Shown: positions 47,288-60,800, counted from the whole stretch's first letter. The stretch is 61,421 nucleotides of DNA, filler included, from Streblomastix strix (GCA_008636045.1; 4 parts of 4 records of this genome joined end to end with filler, not necessarily neighbours in it), one strand, 5' to 3'. Numbers and translations: made by a program. The notes: generated from the letters alone by a model not told the origin.

Positions 47288-48010
47288 ATGACAACAATAC
47301 AAACAAATCAAATAAGAGTTCATAAAAGCAAACATGCGAGTATGGTTAAGAAAGAATTATCAGAAGATGATAAGGCGAGATTATAAGCAATTGATGAAGC
47401 TATAACGAATGGATTCAGAAAAGCAATGTAAATTCTAACATTATAAATATAGTCTTTTGTTCAGACACCATTACGAAGCAGAGATTTAATAATCGATGAA
47501 GAAGAACCACAACGAGAGATATAAACTGAAAGACGACGAAAACACAGGTATAATATTAATAAATATAAAGAAGTTCCACATGAAACAGTTTAGGTTGAAC
47601 CAGAATAAGTTGTTAAGGATACATATTTATCTCATCCTGACTTAGAAGTATAGAAATTCATCATAGATACGATTTGGAGATGTGTTGATTCACGAAAGAA
47701 AGATGAAAATTTAATATTTAACTCTGATAACTATATTAAACTGTGGGCACTAATAACTTAAGAAGAAGAGAAAGATATTGAAGTTGTTATGGAAGAGCCA
47801 CTGATGAGATATAATAGTTGTACTTCAAAAAAATATAAGAAGAAAGAGATTGTAAGAATAAATGATGTTCTAATAAAAATGTCTCTATAAATGTTATGGA
47901 TAATGTTCTCTATAACAGTATCGAAAAACTTTATAGAGTAAATGTTGATTTCGTTAGATTATCAGATAAAATAGAAAACGAAATTGATCCTGAAGATTTT
48001 TTAAAAATAT
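47288..48010 (+). CDS. Hypothetical viral protein, 3' end uncertain
   Basis: Long open frame from ATG 47288; likely frameshift near 47880. Confidence 0.5.
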
Positions 48011-48039
48011 AGTAAATATTATTTTTATTTTCTATAAAA

Positions 48040-48460
48040 ATGGAGGAAACTAATAAATATTAGATATTGAAAGTAGATAATGATTATGAAATATTGACTG
48101 AATTCCCACATACAATTAGAAGAATCAAAGATGGTTTTATACCTTTAGTAGATCTGATAATAGAATTGAAAATTTAAGATGGTGTACTCACTCAGATAAT
48201 TAAAGAAATAAAATAAGCAATATATATATATATGAATACTTAGATTAACTACCAGATGGATGTAAACCACTTCTATCATATAATGATCATCAGTTGGAAG
48301 ACTATTATTATGACAACGATCACAATATTTACACTTATAATGGTTTATAATACAGAAAATTAGTTATTCATAACTATAAATGCTTATAATCTCGTCCAAT
48401 TGTATGTGTTTAAGATAAAAATCATTAAAAATTTAATATTTATGTAGAAAATATTTGAAT
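48040..48460 (+). pseudogene. HNH-family paralogue lacking the nuclease core
   Basis: VDNDYEILTEFPHTIRRIKDGFIP...YNGLQYRKL matches both flanks of the 54035-54607 gene. Confidence 0.7.
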
Positions 48461-48497
48461 TCATCATTATGAAATTGTTTATTTTTGTTGAAAACTA

Positions 48498-49454
48498 ATG
48501 GAAGAATAAGCGTAATAAATAACTGACTTGGAGGATACATCAGAAGAAGAACTGTAATAAATGACATCTGAATATGAGAAGATGAAGAAATAATAATAAG
48601 AAATAGAATCACTATAGAAGTTGTAAAAATAAATAACTTAATAGATAGATAATGAAAAAATAAAATATTTTACTTACTTTAGTTAATACTTTAAGAAAAC
48701 ATAAGTAGATTTATCACATTTAGTAACATTGAACACAGCTTAAACTATTACTGGAACTAAATCATTTAATAATCAAGTTACAGCAAAATCTTTTAAAGAA
48801 CCAGAAGGTGCAAATTAATAAATTATGCTTGCAAATGGAATTAATATGAATCATTATAATTTTAGACCTTATTATGATGCTGAGTGTGTTGATGGAATAA
48901 GAATTTCCAGAAATTTAGCAAAATAGACATTGGATTAGGATTCAAGCATATATCTTGGCTGTTCTAATACTTAAGAAAGTGGTGCTATAAGTGGATAATG
49001 GTCAATAACAGCAAGTAAATTAAATACTTTATTAATTCATCCAAGTAATGATTCATAACATGGATTAGCTATGATGAGCGATAGATTAATGTTTAATGAT
49101 CTCGTAATTTATCCTTCAACTTTATTAACTAATTATTGTAGTTCCATAACTTTGAATACAAATGTATCAATTCCATCGGAATTTCCTACTTAATTCGTCT
49201 ATAAAAGGTAAAATATGGTGTTTATTAAAATGGTTTTAACAATATATGAAACAACATTCAGTTAGAAAGTTGTTACATTAAGCATTCCATAAGATATTGG
49301 GCTAACTTTAGAAAAATAATATATTCAACTTTAAGAAATTTCTCTTTCATAAGGTTCTGCTTATCCAACGAATGTTCATTTAAGAATTAATGGTCCAACT
49401 GATAATTATTACTGGTAAGTATGGAATAATCAAAAAATAAGTTGGGCAACATGA
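48498..49454 (+). CDS. Short fibre-like protein (coiled coil, QTITGTKSF repeat, beta-rich tip)
   Basis: LVTLNTAQTITGTKSF; DGIRISR..SSIYLGC..GQW module shared with 51023-53277. Confidence 0.65.
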
Positions 49455-49953
49455 AATTCTGTAATAATTAATGGAATGTATTATATTTAAACTTAAGACT
49501 ACGCGAAGCTCGTCGCTAAATCGTTCACGATTTAGAAACTGTGTCATATGTTTTAAGATTCAATAACTTCAAATACAATATATATCTTCACATCTTTTCA
49601 TGTTCTTCATCTTATTTTTCTATGGCTTCCTTAATGAAATCCTCTACTTATTCATTTGAATATTTGGACCAATGGAAATAACTTACTTAGTTAATGTTTG
49701 GTTTCTCTTCAGATTCTTTTTATGATTCCATTTTTAATTTCTTTCTCCTACGATAAACAAATTGAAATATATATATAATTATATTAATAGGAATTAGAAT
49801 CACATCAAAATAATTCCATAATTATTTTATTAAAGCAATAATATATGTTAATTACTTAGGAATTGATAGAGAAATTATAGACACAATGAAGTTAACTCCA
49901 TAAAATATAGAATTGAAAATTAATATTAATAGATTCATTTGCTTATTTAGTAA

Positions 49954-50985
49954 ATGACGTTATCCGAGATATAATCTGTGACATTTACCGATAATTCTAT
50001 GTTAGATGAATATAAAACCAAGCCATTGACAAGGAATTCATTATTCTTAATCAATGGTAATCATTATATAGTTGATGCAGTTGGTTCAGGTAAAACAACT
50101 TTATTAAGTAAACTGATAATAATCTATAAATAACGAATCAATCGATTCATTTTATATTTCTCTAATTTTGGTGCTGATGAGACTATGGCATTGAATCTAA
50201 ACTCTAAGAATGTAATCTTAACTAATATTACTTATGAAGAATCAATGTATTTCCTTCCTTAATTTGATGAAATCAAGAATATGGTAAAAGAAATCTATAC
50301 GTACTAGAAACTAAGAGAAGTTAACGTACCTTATAAATCAGATTTCATATAACGAATGAAAGAAAGAATATTAATAACTAATCCAATAAAAGAGAAACTG
50401 AAAGAATCTTAAAAAGACTATGTAAAACGAATTGCAGATTTATTTTAAAAAGAATGTATCGATATCATTATTAAATACAGTGTTCCAACAAAAATAATGA
50501 GATTTACAATTCCAGCAATGATTCATAATGTGTAATTCGAAAAGAAACTAAAAATCGTACCATAAGATACATCAGCTGATGCTGAATTAAAAATAATAAA
50601 AATTCCTATATTATTTCATAGTTCCTTATTAAATTCATTGTTAATATTTGATGACATAGGAAGTAATGCTGATATTTAAAGATTCTCTTCAGGATTATCA
50701 AAAACAATAACACATTTAGTTTCCTACAGTAGACATAGTAAAAATACTGTTTTCTTTGTTGCTTAACGTCCAAGTTACTTATTTAAAACTGCAAGAATAT
50801 TATCTGATGTTATGTATTTAAGAGTTAATCTTAGTGAGAGTGATTTAAAACAAGCATACGAAGAGAATTCTATTTAGAATCTTGACTTTGATGAATTTAT
50901 GTTACTATTTGGAATTATTAATAAATATGAATTCAAAATACTTAATAAATATTAAAGTAAATATGAAATTCTAAAGAATCAATGA
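49954..50985 (+). CDS. A32/FtsK-like genome-packaging ATPase
   Basis: Walker A YIVDAVGSGKTT, Walker B LLIFDD, SRH and FFVAQ motifs. The true start may be upstream (frameshift near 49880). Confidence 0.88.
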
Positions 50986-51022
50986 TAATATATATGATTA
51001 TATTTATTTTTTTTATTCAAAT

Positions 51023-53277
51023 ATGACATTAGCTAAAACCTTGAGTTAATAATAGATCTAAGTTATTCGTTCATTAATATAATTAGATTTTCAATATTTG
51101 ATATAATATTCAAGGAAATCATCAAGTTCCAGCAGTTAATTATCAGGAAGTGAATATTCATTAATAGTTGATGATTAAAACTCATTAATATATGCACCAA
51201 TAGATAATCCTTAGAATTACGCTATGAAACTAGAAACTAATGGTGTAATGACATTGAAGAATATAAATTTATTAAATAATGATTTCTTAGGTAAAATAAC
51301 TACGTTAGAATAAGAAGTTAACGTATTATAATAGACATTGGGAACAGCAACTTAAGATATTGATGGTTTATAATAATAAATTAATGAAATTAATGATGAA
51401 TTTAATAGATAAACACATTTTAGAGGATAGTATTTATTGAACACAAATATATAAAATTTATCTAATTCTGCAAATGGTGATTTTGCATTCTCTGCAGAAA
51501 GTGGAACTGTATGGATGTATGATTAGAGTTGGAATAACAGTGGAGATATAGTTCCTGATTAAATAACTCCTGCAAGTGATGCTACTCCATTAGTTGATAG
51601 TGGAACTGGAGTTGCAGGAACTTCAAATGAGTTTTCAAGAGGAGATCATAAGCATCCACTATAAGTTTCTGATGTTTTACCAAGTAAAGATACTTCTGTT
51701 GGTACTGTTGAATAAGCTAGTTCTTATGCAAGATCTGATCATTAACATCCAATTCAGACTGTAGATACTATTCCTAATAGTGATTCTGCATATGGATCTT
51801 ATGGTACAGTTGATTCTTACTCGAGAAATGATCATTCACATCCTATTAATGTTTAAACTAATGCTTCAATTGTACCAATAGTTAGTGGAGTTCGAAATAA
51901 TGGTACTTCAGCATATTATTCAAGACATGATCATATTCATCCTTAATAATTAACTTATGATGGTAATGTAACAGCAACTAAATTTATTAAATCAGGAGGA
52001 ACAGGTAATGATATATTGCTAGCTAATGGATATACAAAATATATTAATGGCGTTACAGTAAAAAATATATCAAATAATAATGGTTAAGATAAATATATTA
52101 AATTATGCCATTTTAACGCAAGCGCTGATTTTAATATACATTTATTGAATTTGCTTTGTAATGTAGATAGGGATTTGGAAAAATATTAGTAAATTTATAC
52201 TATAATGAAGGTATGGGAGGCTTCATATATAACTATAAACCGTGCATTTTCATTAATGAGCACATAGTTAATCCAATTGCATTATTCTATGGTTAGGGAG
52301 TAAATAAAACAGCTGATTTATGGTGTAGATTATAAAAATATTGTCGTGAAGGATAAATAACATAAACAATTGAACGATTCAATCACCCTGAATGTATAAC
52401 TGATATATTAACATCGGAACCTGTTGATTAAATGCCTACTGATTTTTCAGATTCATAAGAGTTATTACCTAATCTATAAGCAAATTACTTTACTATAAAT
52501 AATGCTCCATTTACATAAGATGGTAGTATGTAAATAAATCCTACAGTAACTAGTTAAGATGATGGGTTGAGAATATCCAGATCTGCCACAGAAGCAGGAA
52601 ATTCATCAATTTAGTTAGGATGTAGTAGAACTTATAACACAGAACTTACTGAAGGATAATGGGTAATATTTACACCATCAAATACTGCTGAAATTAATCC
52701 TTACGGTTTAGTATTAGCAGTGGCATCTTAAACTGGTGATAATACTAGAGGATTATAAATTAGTGCTAATGGAAACACATTATCTTTCAACGGAAATGTA
52801 TTTGTTGATTTAACAACTGATTAATCAATAGCAGGTATAAAAACATTCCATAAATTAGTATAAGTAATTCCATCAGCTAATGGTACATTTAACGAAAGGA
52901 TAAGAATAAGTAGACATCCGTCAAACTAATGGAGTAATATATAATTTGGTAGCGATCCAAATACAAATTTTGGTAAGATTGATAATTAATGGCTGGTAGG
53001 ATCAACTGGTAATAATGGTGCAAATCCTCTTGGTTTTGTCATCGTAAAAGCAGGAGAAGAAGGTTAGGCTAATAGAGGATTATAAATCAGTGCTGATGGA
53101 AACACATTATCTTTCAATGGCTAAGTTATTGCTTGTGGATCAGTTAATTATCCATAAGGTAGTACAATATTATGGGGTACAAAAAGTCTTGGTACAGATG
53201 GTGGATTCTATACTGATGGAACAACTGTATTCTGGAGAGATAATGCATTATAATTTGATAAGTTCTACTAAGGATGA
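51023..53277 (+). pseudogene. Long tail-fibre-like protein with one frameshift (~52140)
   Basis: Four (S/A)RxDHxHP repeats, TDQSIAGIKTF, and duplicated G(L/I)RISR...QW...RGLQISA(N/D)GNTLSFNG modules. Confidence 0.75.
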
Positions 53278-53333
53278 GAATTTTTGATTTACAAAGCTGT
53301 GCTTAGATGTTTAGTTTTATTTTTATTAGAAAC

Positions 53334-53783
53334 ATGTCAAAGCCACTTAAATAATTAATCAATGAACTAGCAAAAACAAACTATGAAGATAAAGATTTAA
53401 TAAGAACAACGATTGAAACACTATAGAATCAACTGATGAAAAATAAATAAGATTCTTAACATATATTACTTAAAGAATTAATAAGAATTAATAAGTAATT
53501 CACAATACAATAGAGTAAATTATAGTTAATTAAATAATTTGTTGATGATGAAGACTAAAAAATTAAAATATATGGTGAGAATAATAAGTATTATGCAAAT
53601 GAATATAATCAAATCAAGAAGAAGATGGATTTGAATCAACAACCATAATAAATAAATAAATATATTATATCTGAGGCAACTAATGATGAAAAATATATAT
53701 ATAATTAGTTTGTTACAGATACTGATAATCAATTATTTTGTGCGTACTATCAATTAACTTAGCTTAACGTATCTTAATAGTGA
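53334..53783 (+). CDS. Hypothetical viral protein
   Basis: ATG to TGA open frame in the TAR=Gln code. Confidence 0.45.
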
Positions 53784-54034
53784 AGATAATCTATGACTTC
53801 CTATGGTTTTTCCGATATAAGACCAAATCTTTCATTACATTCTTATTTTTTCTTATCATAGAACTCTTATTGAAAATCATCTAATTCCTTATCATCATTC
53901 AATGCTTCAAAGATTTAAAACACTTCATAATCAGAAGCATTATGTTCTTTTCCTAGAGTTTAATCAAAGTAATATAAATCTTCCATTTATTATTAGAAAA
54001 ATAATTTATAAAATTATATTGATTATTTTTATAA

Positions 54035-54607
54035 TCAAATAAGATCATATAATTTCTTGAATTTATTTACTGCAATCTTAGTTAATTTATCATTTATATC
54101 TCTTGCTTTAACAAAATATGACCATCCGTTATAAATTATGTGTAATTTTCTATATTAAAGACCATTGTAGAACCAGAATTCATCATTATCGTAATAACAA
54201 AACTCAAACTTATGATCTCCGTAATCTGTAATTTCAATAGCATCATCAGATAATTCATCAACAAATTCGTAGTTAATACCGTTTTGTGATTCTTTATTCT
54301 ATTAATTAACAGAGTTAGATACCCATCGTAAATTTTCGAGTCGATTATCTGATTGAATACGATTTTTATGATCCACTTCAGGTAAATTTTCTGGATTAGG
54401 AATGAATTATATTGCAAAAACTCGATGTAATCTATAAAATACCTAATTAAGAAGTATTGATGTATAACCATCGAAGTTTGTTCCAGTTAATGGAATAAAT
54501 CCTTTAGATCTCCTTCATATAGTATGTAGTTCTTCTATTAGAATTTCATAATCATTATCAACTGTTAGTATTTATCACTGATTTTCTTCAATTTATTATT
54601 CAGTCAC
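54035..54607 (-). pseudogene. HNH endonuclease
   Basis: HRVFAIQFIPNPENLPEVDHKNRIQSDNRLENLRWVS; two in-frame TGAs near the start and a C-terminal frameshift. Confidence 0.9.
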
Positions 54608-54666
54608 TTTTGAATTTAACAAAAATAATTTATAAATTTATAGTATTTTTATAATTAATTTTAATA

Positions 54667-54873
54667 TCACCGTTTAATTAAGTATTAATCTACTTTTCCA
54701 GCTATGTTTCCTGTTGTTCCCATAATTGCACCGATTACTGGATGTAACGTACTTACTGGACCTGATAAAACTCTCATTACTTTATGAACGGTAGGGGCCA
54801 GCCATGAAGCAGCTTTCTTAATACCGGTTAATATTTTGGAACCAAAATTTTTCAAGCCTGAGAGGAATCCCAT
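54667..54873 (-). CDS. 68-aa amphipathic peptide, adenovirus protein VI-like membrane-lytic candidate
   Basis: MGFLSGLKNFGSKILTGIKKAASWLAP...; divergent from the putative major capsid gene. Confidence 0.7.
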
Positions 54874-54934
54874 ATTTAGTTAACTAATAAAAATCAATAG
54901 ATAGTTTTTATATTAGTAAGTAAATACAAGTACA

Positions 54935-56881
54935 ATGAGTTTCTCTGCAAGTAATTATTTTTAAAAGCTAGCATAAGCATAATATTCTGATTATGTTTCT
55001 TCATATTCTGCATTGAATGAAGTTTTAAGAACTGCATCAATTCATCCTTAAAGATTTAATACAAGTAGAGTTTAGTTCTTTGATTAACCAGTAACACAAT
55101 TAACAATTGATGGATAAAGATATACTCGTGCACCATTAGGTGCTAGAGGAGGTGGTATATGTTCAATGGTTTAAACTTGTTAGGTTAATTGGTAAATAAC
55201 GATTCCAGTAGGTAGATTAGCATTATAAATTAATCTTAATGATTTAACAGAATAGCTGGTGCTGCAACAGCGTTGTAAAGAGTAAACTTCACAAGAAATG
55301 CTGATTATTAATTTAATTATTTACGTACTATGGCAGCAGGAGCAAATGCTGATACATAATAAGCATTTAATACTTCAGAACATATCAAATTTTGGCTCGG
55401 ATTTTCAACTGCTTGTGGTCCATTTTAATAATTTACCATTTGTAAAGATAATGCAAAACTATGGGATACATCAATCTATGCATGAGAATAAGCAATGATA
55501 TCAGCAAATTCATTATCAGACTTATGTACAAATAATTCAGTGAGCGTATCACCATTAGAATCAATAGTGGCTGGTAAAAGACTTTGTGGAATATTTATTG
55601 ATATACCAGTTGCCGCATTTAGTGCAACAGCAGAAAGATTTAATTATTTAATACCATATCTAATAACTTTTTCTGGTGTACATGATTTAAATTAGTTGAA
55701 TCCAATTTTCAATTCATTTCCTGTATTAACACGCAATTATGCATCCTTATATCTATAGTTATGGATCTAAGATTTCTTATAAGATCTGAAGATTGTATGG
55801 TTAAACAAGACTAATTTGGTAACAAACGAACATCTTGCATATTAAATGATTCCACCAGAGAAGCCAAATATAATATTCCTAAGAAATCGTGATGAAGTTG
55901 CTTATGATACATACACTGTTAGAATAGTTAATATAGAAGGAAACCATACACTGAAAAATTTCCTACCAATACGATTTCACAGATAAAAGATGCAAAATTT
56001 AATAAATTAGACATAAGCAACATAAGTTTTAATATGGAGAATGAAGAAGCAATTATAGATCTAATCCGAGCTCAAAAATTATTAACTTTTCTACTTAAAT
56101 TATTCATACATAATCAACAAATTTTCCTTTCGGTGGTTTTGATGAAAATGAAGGTAATTTATAGAGTATAATGTCATTTACTAATATCAAAGCAATGTAT
56201 ATGACATTTGCAATGTACTAATATCCTACTTGGTTCTTTCCTGTTTTATTATAGAGGTTTGATCTAATAATTGATTAGCGTCATCTAGTACCAGAAGCTT
56301 ATACGTCACTTAATCCAATGGTTTATAATCAAATGTTTGATTGCTTTGTTGATTAAGATGTTGTAGCAGCGCCATCGGATTTATATCATTCATTATCATT
56401 TGAAAACTAATCAATAAATGAAGCAGATAATGATTATTATGGTAAAATTGGAGCTGGAATAATAGAAAGAGAAAATATATTCTATTAAACTACGTCATTT
56501 AAAGGAAGTAAAGCAACAAAAGTGTATTATCCTAATAAATTCATGCTTGTATGGAAGATGGCTACAGATGATTCATTCATGAGAGGCTACAATTCATCTA
56601 AAACGGGTACAAGAACTAATATATAAGTTAGTTTACAAGGCAGTTTAACTCCAGTTATCAATGAAAATTCATTAATTAATGCAGAAAAGAACTAGTATAA
56701 TCACCAAATATTTTGTGCAACACGAAGTCATCCAAATCCTAGAACTGCATAGATAACTCCATTGATGCATTATCTTTGTGATGCTATTGTTAGAGTTACT
56801 TTTGATGATGCACCTGATCCATAAGTTCTAACTTTAGAAATAATTGGTGAATTAGGTGTAACAATGGTAAGAGTAGGATGA
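54935..56881 (+). pseudogene. Putative major capsid protein (double jelly-roll expected), degenerate
   Basis: About 640 codons, beta-strand-rich (KFWLGFSTACGPFQQFTIC; LMHYLCDAIVRVTF); size and context fit. Frameshifts and a TGA near 55482. Fold not verified. Confidence 0.65.
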
Positions 56882-57026
56882 AAAAAAAATGAGCTAAATT
56901 TATTTTTGTTTAATATGAAAATGTAACTAAATTCATATGAAATAACATTTGCAGATTTAATAATTTACAATGATCCAATTTTACTCTTTTTACTTGTTTT
57001 CTAACACATTCATTTTTAGTAAATTG

Positions 57027-57298
57027 CTCGTTGAAACTCGTTTTCAGACATTAAATTAGCTATCAAAATCGCAAATCACTCGTTGAAACACGTTTTTGAC
57101 ACTTAATTTTTCATCTACTATGCTAAATCACTCGTTGAAACACGTTTTCAGACGAAATCTTAAGCATCGGCTCAATGCATTATTTTTGTTTTTTGAGCTC
57201 TCAAAAATTTGAGTACGTGTAAAACGAGCTCTGCAAATTAACAAACACATGAAAAACGAGCTCTGCCAACAATCAAGTTGCTTAAAAACGAGCTCTGC
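57027..57298 (+). repeat. Periodic subterminal repeats: 3x CTCGTTGAAAC(A/T)CGTTTT at 52-bp spacing and 3x AAAACGAGCTCTGC at 32-bp spacing
   Basis: Copies at 57027/57079/57131 and 57221/57253/57285. Confidence 0.9.
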
Positions 57299-57856
57299 AA
57301 TTAACAAACATGCTTAATTTTTCGTCTTCGAAAATTTTGATAGCGCTTTTTCAAAATTATTTTTTCATAAATTTTGCATTTTTTACTGCTTTTTAGTTTG
57401 ATCTATGAAAAATACGTTAAAATCGATATTTACAAACGTAAAAACTGGTAAAAAATGAAAACACCGATTTGCACCATTCCTATACTACTAATTAACCAAT
57501 TTCCATAGGTTAAAATTAGAAATCAAAATAAGATCAGAAATTATAATTCATTTAGAAAATTTTTAATTTCATTAATTTTTATTAGAAATTTTTAAAACAT
57601 TGTTCGAAAAGTTTATTGCTTTTTATTAATTTAATAAATACTAGACATATACATAATATTAATATTTTTTTACCTACGCATAAAATTACAATATATTACG
57701 ATACAGAAAATGAAATTTGAATTTTGAAAATTTAAAATCGCTAATTTAATTGTATTTTATAAATTCAAAATCTGTTTATTTGTTTATTTAATTAGAACAA
57801 ATATATTTGCGCATATTTCCATCTTTAAATAAGTATACAAACATCCCGTTTCGAAT

Positions 57857-60800
57857 ATGGACATACACATAGTAATTATCAAATTCGGAAGCTGTTTGCG
57901 ACTAAACATGCGCTCCCCGTTGTCCCTCAATAGGTGTGTTTATAATTTTTTGTCTTCAATTTATTATTTTAATTGTTGCAAAGAGGATGAATCTATTGGC
58001 GGTATTTCCCGATAGATGTTTCGCATTTATTGCTGTTGATAATAAAATTTATACATACCGCCTGCACTCTGGACTTCTATAATCATCGAGGCGCTATTAT
58101 GAAATAGAGACGTTCCCAAAAATAGTATGAATTTATATTATTCTATTTTATTATTAAAAATCTTTTTAATTTAATTTATTTAGTTTTAAATTAACCAACT
58201 CCGATTTGGATTCTTACATGGACGCCAAGTCCTCATTACTGTGAGTTGCAGTGGACTCGTTCATTTTTTTGATATTCCGAAGAATATATAATTAGAAATA
58301 TTAAATCAAAGCTAAAAATCACCTTTCATTCAACACTCTTATTGGTATTGCATTATAAAATATATTTATTGTGTATTTACAATTAGACAATTCATTAACA
58401 ATAAATAATCTTATAAACAATATTTTTTACTTATTTCTACAACTTTACATTAATTACATCAGAAACACGAACTGGAAAGGCCGCGCTGAAGAAACTTTGG
58501 GTGTTGCACTTCCACAATAAGAAGATTGGCCTTCTGCAGACAATGCGATCTTTGCTGTATCAGCCAACACTCATTTGATTACTTTGATTGATGAGAAACC
58601 AGTGAGTTAGAATTGTGATTACTGCATTAAACGCAGAGATAATGAAGATATTATCCAGCTTGAGGAGGAAAGACTGCATTTGCATATGAATGAGATTATA
58701 ACACAAGGATTAGTATTATAACAAAAGATAATTAAAGAAAATGAAATTTCACTCAAGATTGAAAATTAAACACCAAATTAAATAACTTAAACTTTAACAT
58801 CATCATCTTCTTCTTCTTCTTCATCTCCTTCATAAAAGCAATATCCAATTATCCAATAGTATTCATCATCAAACCAAACCCACATCATTTCATAAACATC
58901 TCACATATTACATTCACCCTCACTAATACATGCATCTACATTCATGGTTCTCCTTCAAGGCCACGAAAACAACATTCCTGGCATTGACATATCAGGATGT
59001 GGTAAGTTCCTTTGCTCATGTTCTGTTGATGGGACATTCCTTGTTTGGATGATTGAGCTTCCAATGCATCCTCCGATGTGGTTCAAATCAAGGAATGTTA
59101 CAAAATAAGGAAAAAGAAGCCGTTTGTAGAGAGAGAAAAAGTTTGGTGAGAGGTAGTAATAGTAAGAGTAATAGTTGATATTGGCTAAAGATAATAAGGA
59201 TTTAAGTTAAATGAAGGAATAATAAACAACAGTCAGTAATTCTGAAAAAGTATCATAATCATCGAATATACAAAATTAAAAATCAATTAATAATAAAAAA
59301 TCAAATCATTAAAAAGATATTATCAAACTCCCAGATGAAGGAATGATGCAACTTCCAACATATATATTTATTTTATTCATTCAAACCTACAAATGAATAA
59401 AATCTTCCCAAATACATCTCACTTTCACACTTAGCATATTTTGCTCAAAGATCATTTCAAATATAATAAGGAATAAGAATTGAAAATTAATCTGAATTTA
59501 GTCCAGAAAATGAAAACATTCCTCAGACTCCTACAATTCAAACAGGATTTGAATATGATGAATCGCATTCATCACAACATCTGCAATTTCAAACGATTTC
59601 TCAGTTGCGTCTGAAAATTGTGATTCACATATACCAATAATTGTATCTGCATAACATCGGTTAGTTTAGAAAACAAGCTTTAACTATTCATAACTAAATG
59701 ATTTATAATAATAGTAATAGTAATTATAATAATAAGAATATGATGAACAATAAAACCAAGAAGCACTTTCCCCATAAAGACAACAACATCAGCAAAAGAA
59801 ACACACGACACCTGGAACACACAGAAGAAGAAATGAACTTATGCAACATCATATAAGAGCATACTCACTAACATCTTCTGAAAAGCATGATGGATAGAAT
59901 AGAATAAATAATAATAATATTGATAATAATAATATCAATGAATAGAATTATAATTTTAAATCCAATTAAATATTAGAAGGTGATGAATAGATAATAGATG
60001 ATACTGATTATTAGAAATTAGATTATAAAGTTCTTGAAGTTGAAGTTCCAAATAGAAGTGGGTAATCATCACTGCATAGACGTTGTTGGACTGAATAACC
60101 TTTACAAGAAAAGATTTAAATAATTACAGATAATAATAACAACATCAATAATAATGCAAATATTAACAATTAAATACAACCATAGGATTCAACTTATAAT
60201 ACCGCTACTCCTGAAGAAATACAATCAGATTTAGAATAATATGAAAATGAAGAAAATTTGATTAATGTATAAGAAGAACCAGCTGCAGAAAGATATCACA
60301 ACAGAACTGTATCAATGAGCATAGTGAATATTTTCTTAAGATAAGAAATAATGCAACAAAACCTTTTAATTGCTCAATAAAATTAAGCAGCTTCAAATAC
60401 TGAAACCAAATAAATAAGCAATCCAACAAATCAAAACAAAACCTATCATAAAATGATACACATTCTTCTGAATAAACGAGCTCAAACAGCGAAAATGAAT
60501 ATTTATTGTATGAATTTCCTTCTCTTCCGCACAGAAGAACAGTGTAAGCTGCAGCAAAAGCAAACAAAGCGATGTCAAAACACGCATCTCGATTAACATC
60601 AGCTTTCACACCTTCAACTCCAACACCTCAATTAGTGACATCTCTTCATTAGTAACAACTTTAACACATCTCAGCATCACAATTAAATATAAGACATTAG
60701 TAATTTTAATGATAGATATAATAATAAATATAATTAAAATAATAATAAGCATCTTCTCCTATTTTATAATAATTACCATAATATAGATTTATAACGCAAC

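Larger units (their letters stand above)
46157..57310. mobile_element. Endogenous Polinton/Maverick-like dsDNA virus (morphogenesis module and probable right end)
   Basis: Dense intronless ORFs on both strands: packaging ATPase, putative capsid proteins, fibres, HNH genes, amphipathic peptide, periodic terminal repeats. Confidence 0.85.

Noticed and set aside
57027..57298. Repeat-spacer pattern as a CRISPR array
   Set aside because: Only three short copies per motif, partly similar spacers, no cas genes, eukaryotic context.
10870..57310. PolB and capsid module as one giant element capturing host genes
   Set aside because: Separated by three artificial contig joins; no evidence of physical continuity.
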